IMG/VR virus record: IMGVR_UViG_3300025418_000339 | Coordinates: 1 to 36,442 of that record | Length of the DNA: 36,442 nucleotides | Direction: 5' to 3' (one strand) | Origin: a virus | Taxonomy: Duplodnaviria > Caudoviricetes | In this document: positions 9,851-19,846 of the stretch, in pieces | Layout of the letters: each line of letters starts with the position of its first letter | Numbering within the stretch: the first letter of the stretch is position 1 | Translations under genes and position numbers: made by a program | Notes under the pieces: generated by a model | What the model was told of the DNA's origin: nothing | Seen by the model: only the letters and a program-made list of their open reading frames with translations | The model's database searches: none

Positions 9851-12800
9851 TACATTCCTTCCAATGGACCGTACTTAGACTGATAATACTTTTTGTAAAA
9901 AGCAGCAAAAGACTTATCTTGCAAAGATAGTTCGACAGCACCTTTACGGAAAGCATCCATTGCAGATGCAAGTGTAGTGCTATCTATCGAATCCTTGCTT
10001 ATTAAGGATTGAAGTTGATCGTTGTAAGCAACCAATTTATCGTAAAACGGAAGGTAAGCGGGGGCTACTTTTTGAACATCTTCGCGTTGCTTGCTAATGG
10101 CTGCTTTTTGATTGGCAACTGCGATAAGGATCTGAGCCGAATCCCACTTTGGATAGACATGGTTTACTAGATCATTGATAGTCGCAGTAGAAACCTTTTG
10201 ACCGCCAACCCGAGGAATGTCTGAAGGCCAAGCGTAGTTTCCACCCCTGCGGTTTGCCTCAAGAACTGCAGAAATCTTGGTCATTAACTGAGAGCGAAGG
10301 TTCCAGCCAGCGTTCTGCTGAGCTGTGTAGTTAAGGTGATCTTGGCTTGCCCAATCAGCCTGTGAGCCACGGTGTAGGGCATTGCCAATCTCCCATCCTA
10401 ATTCTTTAGCGCTTGACCAAAGTTCTCCGCCCAATTGAGTTGGCTTCTTTCCGTTTGGGTCATTACCAATCAAGATATTAGAAAGATCACGATAGGCAGG
10501 AATAAGTGCTGCAATTGCTTGAGCCGAATCCTTAGTTGTAATTGGCTGAGGTGAAACCATTGCCACAAAGAGTTGCTTGAGAACATCGTATGGAAGTCGG
10601 TTAATTCCACCAAACTGACCAATGCCTACGCCATGGAAGAATGGATTGAACTTTTCTACTTCTTTAAACAATGGCAAATTAGTTTCCATCCATTGCTTAG
10701 TTTTTTTACCATCTGCTGAGTCATAAGCAGCAATAGCCGCAGCAGTCATTAAGCGAGCGCCAGGGTTATCGAGGATGTGACCACCCAACTGACGCATAAC
10801 TGTCTTTTCAAACGAGAATGGGAAAAAGAACGCATTGACTGTTTTTTCAGCAGCGGTGCGATTTCCATAAGAATAGATGTTGTCAAATTTCTTGAGAACA
10901 GAAGCCTTGTCAATCTGAGATACATTGCCACCGGCATCGGCAAGCGCGGCATTGTGCAAGTAATAAATATTACGAGCCTCAATAGCGCGTGGGTTGTAAA
11001 CATTGTAAATATCGTTTTGATCGAATTCTTTGGTTACATAATCAGTTACTTCTTTTTGAACTGGGTTTGCTCCAAGATACTGATCGCGTAGTGCGTATGC
11101 CCGTGCTTCTTCTTTTGGACCCAATGCCTTTAAAGCATCGGCTGCATTAAGGGTAAATGGAATATCTTCGGTAACGCCCTTGAGAGCAGACTTAACTGCG
11201 CGAAGATAGGCAAAGCGATATGAACCTTGATAACGGAATGAAAGCAACTGCTTTTGAATATTGCCAGTTATATCGAGAATATGTGCGCCATTAACGCCCA
11301 ATGGAATATTACCCAAACCAAATGTGCTTCCAAGCATTTTGGTTAATGGGCTTTGACCATTGACATAAGTTGGTGCGTCACGAAGTCCCTTTTGCATGGC
11401 ATAGTAAAAATCATTAGCGGCTTTTTTGCTAATTCCTACTGCCTCAACTTCACGACCAAACTTATCTGTAATAAGTTGATTGTCCCCACCTTTATTGGTT
11501 AAGGCATCTACAACCTGCTTGCGAGTCCAATATTGAGGACCTACATCTTTTGTTAATGAATTTTTGATTGCAGCCTTAGCATCCTCACGGGTCATCTTTG
11601 GATCAGAAGCCATGAGCTTCTTGATTTCATCTTCCCACATTCCACCCCTGAGTGGGCGAATAAATTTGCTTGTGCGAGAAGTAGCAACTGCAAGTTGACC
11701 TGAGATAAATAGATTCATGTCAGGCTTAATAACATTCTGTAAGAAATTAGTCATACGAGATGCAGTAGCCCATGCAGGATAAGCATCAGGGTTTGCAGAC
11801 AAATGATCTTGAATATTGTTAAGCATCTGAGAGTACGAATGTTGCGCTGCAACTGATGGTTCTACCTGTTGGAAATCAAGACCTAATCTGTCTGCAAAGC
11901 GAGACATTAGATTTTGAGAACGACCAAGTACATTTAATGGAATTGGTGTATTGGCAAACGCATGACCAATATCAGTTCCATAAACTAACTTTCCACCAAG
12001 AGCCTCAAGTTTAGCAACTGATGCTCTGAAAGCAGGAGAAGCATCCGCAGCCAAAGGAGCATCGCCAGCAAGCAAATGAGAACGCTCAACGACAAGATCA
12101 ATAAGATTCTTGGTAGGAACATAAAGTAAATCTTTAACATTTCTGTTGAGTTCTTCGCCAAGGTATTGAAGCACTTGATTGCGAAGTTGAATTTCTGCTG
12201 TAGTGGCAGAGTTGTAATTAAAATTCTTTGGAAGATCAGAAATCTTAGTTGTGTTTTTTCCACCAGCAAAAAGTGTTTCTAGATCGGAATTATCATCAAG
12301 TGCTTTAGGGGCTACATATCCAGGCTTTGCTTTTTCTAATTGATTGTAAAACTGCATTGCTTTGGCTTGTGCATCATTTGCTGTTTGACGCTCTGTATTC
12401 ATGTGACCAAAGCTGGGAATAAGAGTTTGGTCATTAAGTGCTGCTTGTTCAGCATCTGTAATGCCTTGCTTAACTCCCTGTGCGCGAAGTTGCTTTGCCA
12501 ATTCTGTTTGTGGTGTTACAACATTGCCATCAAGATGTGGGGCAATTTCGTTACGCATGATTTCATCGCGCTGAAGTTTGTTCATAAAGTCTTTTGCATA
12601 AATATAAGTTTTATCAGACTTCATGTTAAGAATAGAACGGTTTAAATCTTTTGCATATAGTCCAGGCTTGAGCAAATAACTTTCACGGGCTTGCGACAAA
12701 AGATTTGGATCATTCAAAATTGCATGAGAAGTTTCACGCATAAAGTTTAATCTTTGGTCATCTGTCATTGCTTGCTGAGTTAATTTAGAAGCAAATGGAG

Positions 12801-14388
12801 CATTAACAGATGTTCCTGTTTTTGCTTCTAAGAGCGATTGAGCGCCATGCCATGCAGCCATTTTGTTAAGATCATGGAAAATGCTTGCATCAACTGCTGA
12901 TTGTGGGATACCTGCTTCTGCTGCCTTAGCAACTGTGGCTTTATAACTTTCGCCAGTTCCGCGTTCCCAGTTAGCAAGGACTTGATTTTGATTAAGTCCA
13001 TCAACCAACTTTTGACGAGCGTTCTCTACTTTTGATCCAATTACCGCAGAAGGAGCTGCAGAAATATCGTAAGTTGGGGCATGAAGTCCTACTTGCAAAA
13101 GGTTAAGTGCATTTCCTTCAATACCGGCAATTGGTCGAAGGTTTTCAAGAGCCAAAGCCTGACCGCCATTTGGATCACCAAGGAAGTTTTCGGCATTACC
13201 AATAAGACCAAGTTTTAATCCAGCGGTAGGAATAGATTTTCCAGCAATTTTTCCAATAACGCCGACAATAGGCAAGCGATATGGGGTTGCAAGAAGTGCG
13301 CGGTTTGCTTTCCATCCATCAGCAAGACCTGTAGCAACCTTGTTAACGCTGTTCATAAAGTTAAGGGTTGGAATATTTTGCAAAGACTTTGTAAATGCGA
13401 AACGACGCATACCATCTTCCGTCTCGGGAAGAATAGAATTCATTACCCACTTGCCGGTTTTACCTTGTTGGAAAGTAGAATCCGCACCAAGGTCTGTAAA
13501 GAATGAACCTGCAGTTGTCTTTGCTCCTGCTGCTTTACCTGCTGCAGTTGCACCCTTAATTGCAAGAATTCCTTCTTCGCCAAGTTTTCCAATAGTTGAT
13601 GCGGTAAGAGCTGTGCTTGCAACATTTACCAAATCTTGCATACCCAATGGGGTTTTCAAATACTGATCTAAATTCTGAGTTTTTTGATTCTCAATAATTC
13701 GACCAGCAGAATCAAATGCGTGTGGAATCTGTGCCGCTAGTTGAGTTTGTGGTTTTACACCTTCTAAAGAACTAACTGCATTTTCTTCTTTAAGAAGTAA
13801 TTTACCAGGAACTGCCAAGGCTTTTAAGGCATCTCCTAAAGCAGATTTGCCCATGCTAACAACAAGCGGAATTGCTTTGTTGAGAAACGTCGGTCCAAAT
13901 ATGTCGCTAAATAATTTACCAGCGCCAAATGTTCCTACTGCTGGCTTATTCTGTGTATCAAGGTGCATTTGATATGACTGGTTATTCCAGTCTGCAGTCC
14001 ACACTCCATTTGGCTTAAGGTTTTTTCCGTAACCTGCAGCAATCATTTGATTCTGAATATCAGTAATTGTTTCGTTTGGAATTGATGGAACACCAGTATT
14101 TTTAAAATGGTCATTCATCTGTTGAGCAATTGTTGGTGGTTGCTTAACAGTAGGTTCGCCAAAAAAATGTCCTACGCCTTGCCAAATATCAGTAAGACCG
14201 TTTTTTACAGTTTGCAAAATGCTATACCCACCAGGGGTATTGCCAGTTTGCTGACCTACGGCTACCTGAACATTTGGATCTACATTGCCACTACCCGTTG
14301 CATGGGCAGTATCAATAAAGTTTGCTAAAGACTGAGCATTAGGATCTGCCTTTTGCTGAGTATTAACATTGGGCGTAATGTTTGGCAT
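9850..14388 (-). CDS. Large putative internal virion / DNA ejection protein
   Basis: 1512 aa, Ala-rich, no catalytic motif recognised; size and position fit podoviral ejection proteins. Confidence 0.55.
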   Translation of the reverse strand: MPNITPNVNTQQKADPNAQSLANFIDTAHATGSGNVDPNVQVAVGQQTGNTPGGYSILQTVKNGLTDIWQGVGHFFGEPTVKQPPTIAQQMNDHFKNTGVPSIPNETITDIQNQMIAAGYGKNLKPNGVWTADWNNQSYQMHLDTQNKPAVGTFGAGKLFSDIFGPTFLNKAIPLVVSMGKSALGDALKALAVPGKLLLKEENAVSSLEGVKPQTQLAAQIPHAFDSAGRIIENQKTQNLDQYLKTPLGMQDLVNVASTALTASTIGKLGEEGILAIKGATAAGKAAGAKTTAGSFFTDLGADSTFQQGKTGKWVMNSILPETEDGMRRFAFTKSLQNIPTLNFMNSVNKVATGLADGWKANRALLATPYRLPIVGVIGKIAGKSIPTAGLKLGLIGNAENFLGDPNGGQALALENLRPIAGIEGNALNLLQVGLHAPTYDISAAPSAVIGSKVENARQKLVDGLNQNQVLANWERGTGESYKATVAKAAEAGIPQSAVDASIFHDLNKMAAWHGAQSLLEAKTGTSVNAPFASKLTQQAMTDDQRLNFMRETSHAILNDPNLLSQARESYLLKPGLYAKDLNRSILNMKSDKTYIYAKDFMNKLQRDEIMRNEIAPHLDGNVVTPQTELAKQLRAQGVKQGITDAEQAALNDQTLIPSFGHMNTERQTANDAQAKAMQFYNQLEKAKPGYVAPKALDDNSDLETLFAGGKNTTKISDLPKNFNYNSATTAEIQLRNQVLQYLGEELNRNVKDLLYVPTKNLIDLVVERSHLLAGDAPLAADASPAFRASVAKLEALGGKLVYGTDIGHAFANTPIPLNVLGRSQNLMSRFADRLGLDFQQVEPSVAAQHSYSQMLNNIQDHLSANPDAYPAWATASRMTNFLQNVIKPDMNLFISGQLAVATSRTSKFIRPLRGGMWEDEIKKLMASDPKMTREDAKAAIKNSLTKDVGPQYWTRKQVVDALTNKGGDNQLITDKFGREVEAVGISKKAANDFYYAMQKGLRDAPTYVNGQSPLTKMLGSTFGLGNIPLGVNGAHILDITGNIQKQLLSFRYQGSYRFAYLRAVKSALKGVTEDIPFTLNAADALKALGPKEEARAYALRDQYLGANPVQKEVTDYVTKEFDQNDIYNVYNPRAIEARNIYYLHNAALADAGGNVSQIDKASVLKKFDNIYSYGNRTAAEKTVNAFFFPFSFEKTVMRQLGGHILDNPGARLMTAAAIAAYDSADGKKTKQWMETNLPLFKEVEKFNPFFHGVGIGQFGGINRLPYDVLKQLFVAMVSPQPITTKDSAQAIAALIPAYRDLSNILIGNDPNGKKPTQLGGELWSSAKELGWEIGNALHRGSQADWASQDHLNYTAQQNAGWNLRSQLMTKISAVLEANRRGGNYAWPSDIPRVGGQKVSTATINDLVNHVYPKWDSAQILIAVANQKAAISKQREDVQKVAPAYLPFYDKLVAYNDQLQSLISKDSIDSTTLASAMDAFRKGAVELSLQDKSFAAFYKKYYQSKYGPLEGM

Positions 14389-14903
14389 TAGTGTGGCATC
14401 TGATTTTCTGCTTGAAGGGCAAGATAATTACGAATGTAATTCACTTGTGGAGAAACATTATCTCCAAGTGAATTTAACAATGTTAATGCCGAAGATGCTG
14501 GATTGGTTTGAATTGTTTGTGGCATCGCTTCCGGACCAGCACCAGGGCCTGTTGGAAGTCCTGTTGTGATAGGCAATCCATGAGTTGTTGGCTGAGCCAA
14601 TGGAGTTACTGGTTGCATACCTGCCATTGGAGATGCGCCACCTTGTTGTGCTGGAGCAGTAGGAGTTGCAGGAGCAGGTTGTATTGGACTTGATGTTGCT
14701 CCCATAGGAACTGCTTTTTGTGCTGCTAATTGTGCGCCAGCAGATCCATAGGCTTGCCCAGGAACTGCTGTTGCAGCAAGTTTATTTGCATTAAGGTTTT
14801 GACCTTGTGGACCTACAACATTTGCACCGTTCATGTCTGTACGGTTTGCGTATGCTTTTCCTGTTACGCCCTGACGAGCGCCACCGCGACCTCTAGAACC
14901 CAT
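14388..14903 (-). CDS. Hypothetical Pro/Gln/Ala-rich protein downstream of portal
   Basis: 171 aa, coupled on both sides; contains P.TTGLP.GPGAGPEA. Confidence 0.75.
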   Translation of the reverse strand: MGSRGRGGARQGVTGKAYANRTDMNGANVVGPQGQNLNANKLAATAVPGQAYGSAGAQLAAQKAVPMGATSSPIQPAPATPTAPAQQGGASPMAGMQPVTPLAQPTTHGLPITTGLPTGPGAGPEAMPQTIQTNPASSALTLLNSLGDNVSPQVNYIRNYLALQAENQMPH

Positions 14904-16678
14904 TATGCACCAGCCTTAGCGCCACCACCGAGTGATGCAAGGAACGCACCAACATCTTGTGGTTGCTGTGGTTGTGCCGGTGGTTGCTCTGCACCCATTC
15001 CTGGTTGTGCAAGTCCTGGCATTGTTTCAGGTGCGCCTGTTGGTGCAGGAGTTGCTTGACGCTTCTGAGCTTGTTCGTGAATCTTTGTTACCGCGTCAGC
15101 CAACGACGCTTTGTCCGACGCGACCAAAGCAGCAATAGCAGCCACATCACTAGGGGGAATAGCACCTTGAGAAGCCTGAGTTTGAATTGATTGGAGAAGC
15201 GCTTGCTCAAGTCCTTCACTAATAACACGGTCTTTCTCTTGCTCGGGATCGGAAATAAATGGATCAATTTCTTGTGCTGTTTGCTTTGACATGATTCCAA
15301 TACCAATGCGCTGACCAAGACCTACAACAAGTGCGTTTGCATCTGCACCTGTGTGTGAATAGGTAACAACATTGTTATCATCTTCAAAATCTTTGTTTGG
15401 TACATAGTCAACATGACCCTTTGCACCACGCGATGAAATGTAGAAAGACTTGCGCTCATTACCAAAATAAGTCTTGGCAATTGCAATAGCGCGCTTGTTC
15501 TCTTCCTGCAAGGAAGCAGCAAAGATTTCCTGTGCTTCCTGAATTGGGAAATCAACTACGGCTGAAAGGATTGCATCTCCGCGCTTTCCAGTACGGACAT
15601 TGGATGTTGATTCTCCACCGAACTCAGCAGGAGTACCAGAACCGATACGCTGCGCTCGCTCAATGCGATCCATCATTCCGTTGGTAGCAAATCCAGGATT
15701 AGCAGCCATTTCACGAATGTCTCCACCTTGAACCACATTTACCTGACCGGTACGACCATCGTAAGGTCCTGCTACGAAACGAGCAGTCTCACCTGGGCGA
15801 GATACAAGATAAGTGTCAGGGAAGATACCGCGCTCTACAGCAATGACTTCAAGAGCCATTAACTTAGACTGCAACTGGTACATACCAACAAGTGAGTCGA
15901 ACTGACCCATTGGGCGATCAAGAGTGATACGGCCTGGAACTACAGCAAGGCAAAGCCCTGTTTTATTTTGGATGCGCTCGAGTTCTACATGAGGAACACC
16001 GCGAACTGGACCATCCCATTGAGAAAGTTTTGTTTGCGATGAAGCCATAAGAACTGTTACTTCAGCATCTGTGTATTCAGCAATCTGTACAAGATCAGTT
16101 GGCTTTGCTTTATCCCCACCAACGAGCTGTACTGCTGCATCAGGATAGTGTTGCTTGAGCCATGCGCGTGAACGAGTATATGTAAAAATACAATCGTTAG
16201 GAGTAATCTCATCAGGATCTTCACCGATAGATGGATAAGTGCTTAGGGGATCACGAATATCCCAACGAGCAGCGCCCCACTTTGTATCAGGGCGAAGAAT
16301 GACTGGTGAGGAAGCATAGCCAATAAGCCAGCGAGCTCGACGGCGCATCTTCAACTGCATCTTATTTGCTTCCCACCAGCCCATTGTTGCGCGCTTACGG
16401 GTGCGAGCGCGCTTCTCAGAAGCATTGTTTCCTTCTTCAAGGGCAGGATAATAAACACTAGGCATTGTTGATGAGATACGCATTGCAGTCTGATCTAGAC
16501 CAGTAGTAATAAGATTTGCGACAGCAGACTTCTCGCGTCGATCCATTTCAGGTAACGGAATAACGAGATCACCATTGTAGGCATCTCGTAGTTGACGCAT
16601 TTGGTCAATCATTGGACCTTGGCGCTGTTGTCTTTCAGACAAAATATAAGCAATCTCAGCAAGTGTTGGACCGACCAT
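14903..16678 (-). CDS. Portal protein
   Basis: 591 aa downstream of the terminase, helical-looking, with a Pro/Gln-rich C-terminal tail typical of podoviral portals. Confidence 0.8.
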   Translation of the reverse strand: MVGPTLAEIAYILSERQQRQGPMIDQMRQLRDAYNGDLVIPLPEMDRREKSAVANLITTGLDQTAMRISSTMPSVYYPALEEGNNASEKRARTRKRATMGWWEANKMQLKMRRRARWLIGYASSPVILRPDTKWGAARWDIRDPLSTYPSIGEDPDEITPNDCIFTYTRSRAWLKQHYPDAAVQLVGGDKAKPTDLVQIAEYTDAEVTVLMASSQTKLSQWDGPVRGVPHVELERIQNKTGLCLAVVPGRITLDRPMGQFDSLVGMYQLQSKLMALEVIAVERGIFPDTYLVSRPGETARFVAGPYDGRTGQVNVVQGGDIREMAANPGFATNGMMDRIERAQRIGSGTPAEFGGESTSNVRTGKRGDAILSAVVDFPIQEAQEIFAASLQEENKRAIAIAKTYFGNERKSFYISSRGAKGHVDYVPNKDFEDDNNVVTYSHTGADANALVVGLGQRIGIGIMSKQTAQEIDPFISDPEQEKDRVISEGLEQALLQSIQTQASQGAIPPSDVAAIAALVASDKASLADAVTKIHEQAQKRQATPAPTGAPETMPGLAQPGMGAEQPPAQPQQPQDVGAFLASLGGGAKAGA

Positions 16679-16845
16679 TATTTACCTGACTTCTTCTTAG
16701 TTCTTTTTGCTGCAGCATTATCAACCAAATTTGGATATGGTCTGCCAGCAGCTTTTGCACTTGCCTTGGCTTTTGCCTTTTGCTCAGGGGTTAAAGGCTT
16801 AGAAACTTTATTAGGATTTTTTTTATCCCAAAATTCTTTTTTCAT
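16678..16845 (-). CDS. Small Lys/Ala-rich protein (55 aa; not in ORF track)
   Basis: MKKEFWDKKNPNKVSKPLTPEQKAKAKASAKAAGRPYPNLVDNAAAKRTKKKSGK; overlaps both neighbours (ATGA, TAATG). Confidence 0.8.
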   Translation of the reverse strand: MKKEFWDKKNPNKVSKPLTPEQKAKAKASAKAAGRPYPNLVDNAAAKRTKKKSGK

Positions 16846-17138
16846 TTCTTACCTTGATTTCTTTTAGAAATTGCTGCGGCTTTCTTTTTAGCATCTGCTT
16901 TGCTAGAAGCACCCCATGCTTGTAGCGAAAGTAAAAGGCGAGTTGGATCTCCGTTAGGCTTGTGTTCAGGTCCTGGCATATTGCCCATACGAGCAAGAAA
17001 ACTTGCCCTGCGTGGGTTATCGCCTGATTTAACAGGAGCCTTTATATCGTGACCTTTAGCATTAAGCGATGCTCTGCCTTTAGCGTTTAAGCCACCTTTA
17101 GGATTTTTGCCTTCTTTTTTTTGCCAAGCCTCAGACAT
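16842..17138 (-). CDS. Small basic protein (DUF6321-like)
   Basis: AWQKKEGKNPKGGLNAKGRAS...RRASFLARM...SLQAWG, a motif set common in aquatic phage basic proteins. Confidence 0.7.
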   Translation of the reverse strand: MSEAWQKKEGKNPKGGLNAKGRASLNAKGHDIKAPVKSGDNPRRASFLARMGNMPGPEHKPNGDPTRLLLSLQAWGASSKADAKKKAAAISKRNQGKK

Positions 17139-17320
17139 TACTTACCCTTTTTGATTTTTGCTACGAGAGCCTTATCCATTTTCATATCTGCTTTAGCAGA
17201 TGGTTTCTTTTTATCCATAGCAGCATCGCCTTTTTTAAAGGCTGCTTTTTGCTTCGGGGTTAATCCCTTTGTTACTTTAGCATCCTGCTTTTTATCTGTT
17301 TTTTCGCTGTACTTAGCCAT
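17138..17320 (-). CDS. Small Lys-rich protein
   Basis: 60 aa, TAATG-coupled on both sides. Confidence 0.8.
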   Translation of the reverse strand: MAKYSEKTDKKQDAKVTKGLTPKQKAAFKKGDAAMDKKKPSAKADMKMDKALVAKIKKGK

Positions 17321-17508
17321 TACATACCCTTCTTGCTTTTTACTCCGGAAACCTTTTTGAGGTTTGGGTTAGCCTTGAGTGCGGCAGGAGATGCTTTACG
17401 AGCGCCAGCAGCAAGAATTGCTCCTGCTCGCTTTGAGCTAACTCCTTCTTTCTTCGCAATCTGTGCTTGAACGGCTTTGAATCCTGGGTGTGCTTTCTTT
17501 GCAGCCAT
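17320..17508 (-). CDS. Small Lys/Ala-rich protein
   Basis: 62 aa, HPGFKAVQAQIAKKEG motif, AGGAG RBS. Confidence 0.8.
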   Translation of the reverse strand: MAAKKAHPGFKAVQAQIAKKEGVSSKRAGAILAAGARKASPAALKANPNLKKVSGVKSKKGM

Positions 17509-17519
17509 GTCATTTCTCC

Positions 17520-17693
17520 TTAGACAGTCTTGTTGATTTTTTTGCCAGCAGACTTAGACTTCATAGAAGCCTTGGTCTTTACGACTACATCTTTTTCGCC
17601 ACGCTTTTTTTCTAGAGCTGCAATAGCTTTACCTTCAGCATTTTCATGTTTAGCCATTGCTGCCTTTGAAGAAAACTTTTCCATTTTTGCCAT
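17520..17693 (-). CDS. Small Lys-rich protein
   Basis: Start moved to ATG 17693 (MAKMEKFSSK) to avoid overlap with the terminase. Confidence 0.7.
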   Translation of the reverse strand: MAKMEKFSSKAAMAKHENAEGKAIAALEKKRGEKDVVVKTKASMKSKSAGKKINKTV

Positions 17694-17754
17694 GTCAATC
17701 TCAATTCTCGAGAGGCGTAACTTGTGTGTAAATATACCACTTAACGGTAATGAA

Positions 17755-19644
17755 TTACCTATTTCCCCATCGAGATCCTGACATCCAACTTGGTCGTGCA
17801 AACTTTGGTGGGTTAGTCATATTGGCATGGAACAAATTCGGTGCGTTCCAAATTAAGAACCAATGCGCCATAACGGTATCGTCGGTTGATCCTTCAGGCC
17901 ATTGAATAAGTTCTTTAACCATTGGTTTCATCGTTGCCTTTGAGCCAATGTAATCGCCACCGCTAGGGAAGCGAACGCGACCAGCTTTATAATGTGGGGC
18001 AAGGGTTTGAACACCAAAGTCCTCATCGGACTTGTTGCGGTTAGTCTGATGCGGGACAAGGCTGACATTGCGAATCGCTGCCCACCGTTTGAAATGATCG
18101 TACTGAAGCATGAAGCGTTGCGCTGCATTTGCCTCAACGATTAGCGTGGTAAACGGATGACCCTGATCATTGGCGCGTTGCCACCATTCCTCAAGCAACC
18201 CCGTGTACTGGCGCGTGTCTTGGTTGTAGTCCAAAAAGTCAGGAGCATCCATAGGCGAGCGCACCAAATCAACCAAGTGTTGCATTTGGGTTTCTGCTGA
18301 GTAAGCCCACCATTGGACAGCCCAGTACTTTGTAGGAGACGGGTCAGCAGTTACCACCGAATAAGCGTTGATGCCAACAGGCCATTTACCGATGATGCGA
18401 TCCTCATCCCAAGAACCTTGGTGCATGACACCGGTTGAATCTTGTCCACCGTCAATCCATGCTGGCTGGATCAAGCTCGCTGCCTGATCTACATCCTCTT
18501 GTTGATAGAGAGTCTGAAAGCGATCTAAACGATTTTTTTTGATTCGGGCAAGTTCTCGCCACGGCAATCTATATTCATCTAAAAGACAACCGTGTGGGTA
18601 GTTGCCCTTATGAACGCCGCCGTTTTTATCAGCATCACATAGTTCGTCGTAATGCGCCTTGTAAACAATGTGGTGATATTTTTTGGGGGCTTTCTCGGGG
18701 GTTTCCTCAAATTCCTCAGACCAGTCAACTAGGTTAAGTGCGTACCGGTACAGATCATCTGAAGCCATGCGCTGACCTTGAAGGATTAAAAGCCCACCTG
18801 GATCAAGACGCGTCTCAGCTTCCGTTTCCCACCAACTGATTAAGTTCTCTCGGGACTCAACTGTACGGATGTTTGTTTTATCGACAAGGTCATCCCAAAT
18901 AACTGTGTCAAAGCGCCCACCCAAGAAGCCTGAATCCATACCGTATGCGACGAAGTTTGGTTCTTTGTCGTCAACTGCCACTCCACCGTCTTGCGCCAAG
19001 ATGAATTCCTCAAGTCTCCATAGGTCTGAGTTACTTGGTTTGAATCTTCCGAAGTCTGTGATGAGAGTTGATTTTGCATCTTCCGCTAAGCCTTTCTCAA
19101 AGAGGATGGGGTCAGCCTTAACAGGTGTGACGCGTTCAAAGGTACGACGGATACGACCTGTGTACTTAACTGCCTGACCTGCTGTACGAGATCCGATCAT
19201 AGTTCTACGCGAACGGTCACGGACTGCAAGCCACACCGGAAAGTCGTGTGTCCATGTTGTTGACTTACCAACGCCAGGTGGACAGTTGATAACAACATAT
19301 TCTTTGTTGGGGGTTGCTGCTAACTCAAGCATCTTGTACGCAGCTTCTTCCACCCATGGTGAAGTAGAGCGCGCAAAGTAACGCTGACGGAAATATCCAA
19401 AATCTTCTATCGCTCGTTGTGCGTCGCCTTTAACATCATCAATTCCAAAGACACCAGCCTTCTCAAAGCCAAACTCACCAAGTACGCGGTTAAGTCGTGA
19501 AGTTGGAATTGGCAACTGACGCATAACAGATGAGTAACTAATGCCAGCCATCTGCGCGGCGGTTCGTTGGGAGTGTCCTTCGCTGACTGCTTTTGCATAC
19601 TTACGCCAGCGCGTGTCATCAATGCGTTTGTTACTGTTGCTCAT
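17755..19644 (-). CDS. terL: Terminase large subunit with N-terminal HTH
   Basis: Walker A PPGVGKST, Walker B VIWDDLV, nuclease acidic motifs (TADPS, DDTVMA). Start taken at ATG 19644. Confidence 0.9.
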   Translation of the reverse strand: MSNSNKRIDDTRWRKYAKAVSEGHSQRTAAQMAGISYSSVMRQLPIPTSRLNRVLGEFGFEKAGVFGIDDVKGDAQRAIEDFGYFRQRYFARSTSPWVEEAAYKMLELAATPNKEYVVINCPPGVGKSTTWTHDFPVWLAVRDRSRRTMIGSRTAGQAVKYTGRIRRTFERVTPVKADPILFEKGLAEDAKSTLITDFGRFKPSNSDLWRLEEFILAQDGGVAVDDKEPNFVAYGMDSGFLGGRFDTVIWDDLVDKTNIRTVESRENLISWWETEAETRLDPGGLLILQGQRMASDDLYRYALNLVDWSEEFEETPEKAPKKYHHIVYKAHYDELCDADKNGGVHKGNYPHGCLLDEYRLPWRELARIKKNRLDRFQTLYQQEDVDQAASLIQPAWIDGGQDSTGVMHQGSWDEDRIIGKWPVGINAYSVVTADPSPTKYWAVQWWAYSAETQMQHLVDLVRSPMDAPDFLDYNQDTRQYTGLLEEWWQRANDQGHPFTTLIVEANAAQRFMLQYDHFKRWAAIRNVSLVPHQTNRNKSDEDFGVQTLAPHYKAGRVRFPSGGDYIGSKATMKPMVKELIQWPEGSTDDTVMAHWFLIWNAPNLFHANMTNPPKFARPSWMSGSRWGNR

Positions 19645-19846
19645 CAGGCTCAATTCTTGCGTGTAGGAATCCAGTTACATTAGTTATGTACAAATGATAG
19701 AAAAAATGTTTGCGCTTAATATGTGCTTTCAAATCCAAAGTCCATAGATCAAGAGCATCCATAAATACAACGCTTGGATAACTCTCAGACTTCCATTTGC
19801 ATTTAGGGCAATGAGCTGAGTATTTACCTTCTTTAAGATCAAACAT
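19631..19846 (-). CDS. Hypothetical protein with CxxC...HxxxxH Zn-finger-like pattern
   Basis: 71 aa with GGAG RBS, directly upstream of the terminase. Confidence 0.6.
   Translation of the reverse strand: MFDLKEGKYSAHCPKCKWKSESYPSVVFMDALDLWTLDLKAHIKRKHFFYHLYITNVTGFLHARIEPDEQQ

Noticed and set aside
9850-14388. Virion RNA polymerase or tape-measure protein
   Set aside because: No polymerase catalytic motifs were recognised, and there are no tail tube or chaperone genes indicating a long tail.
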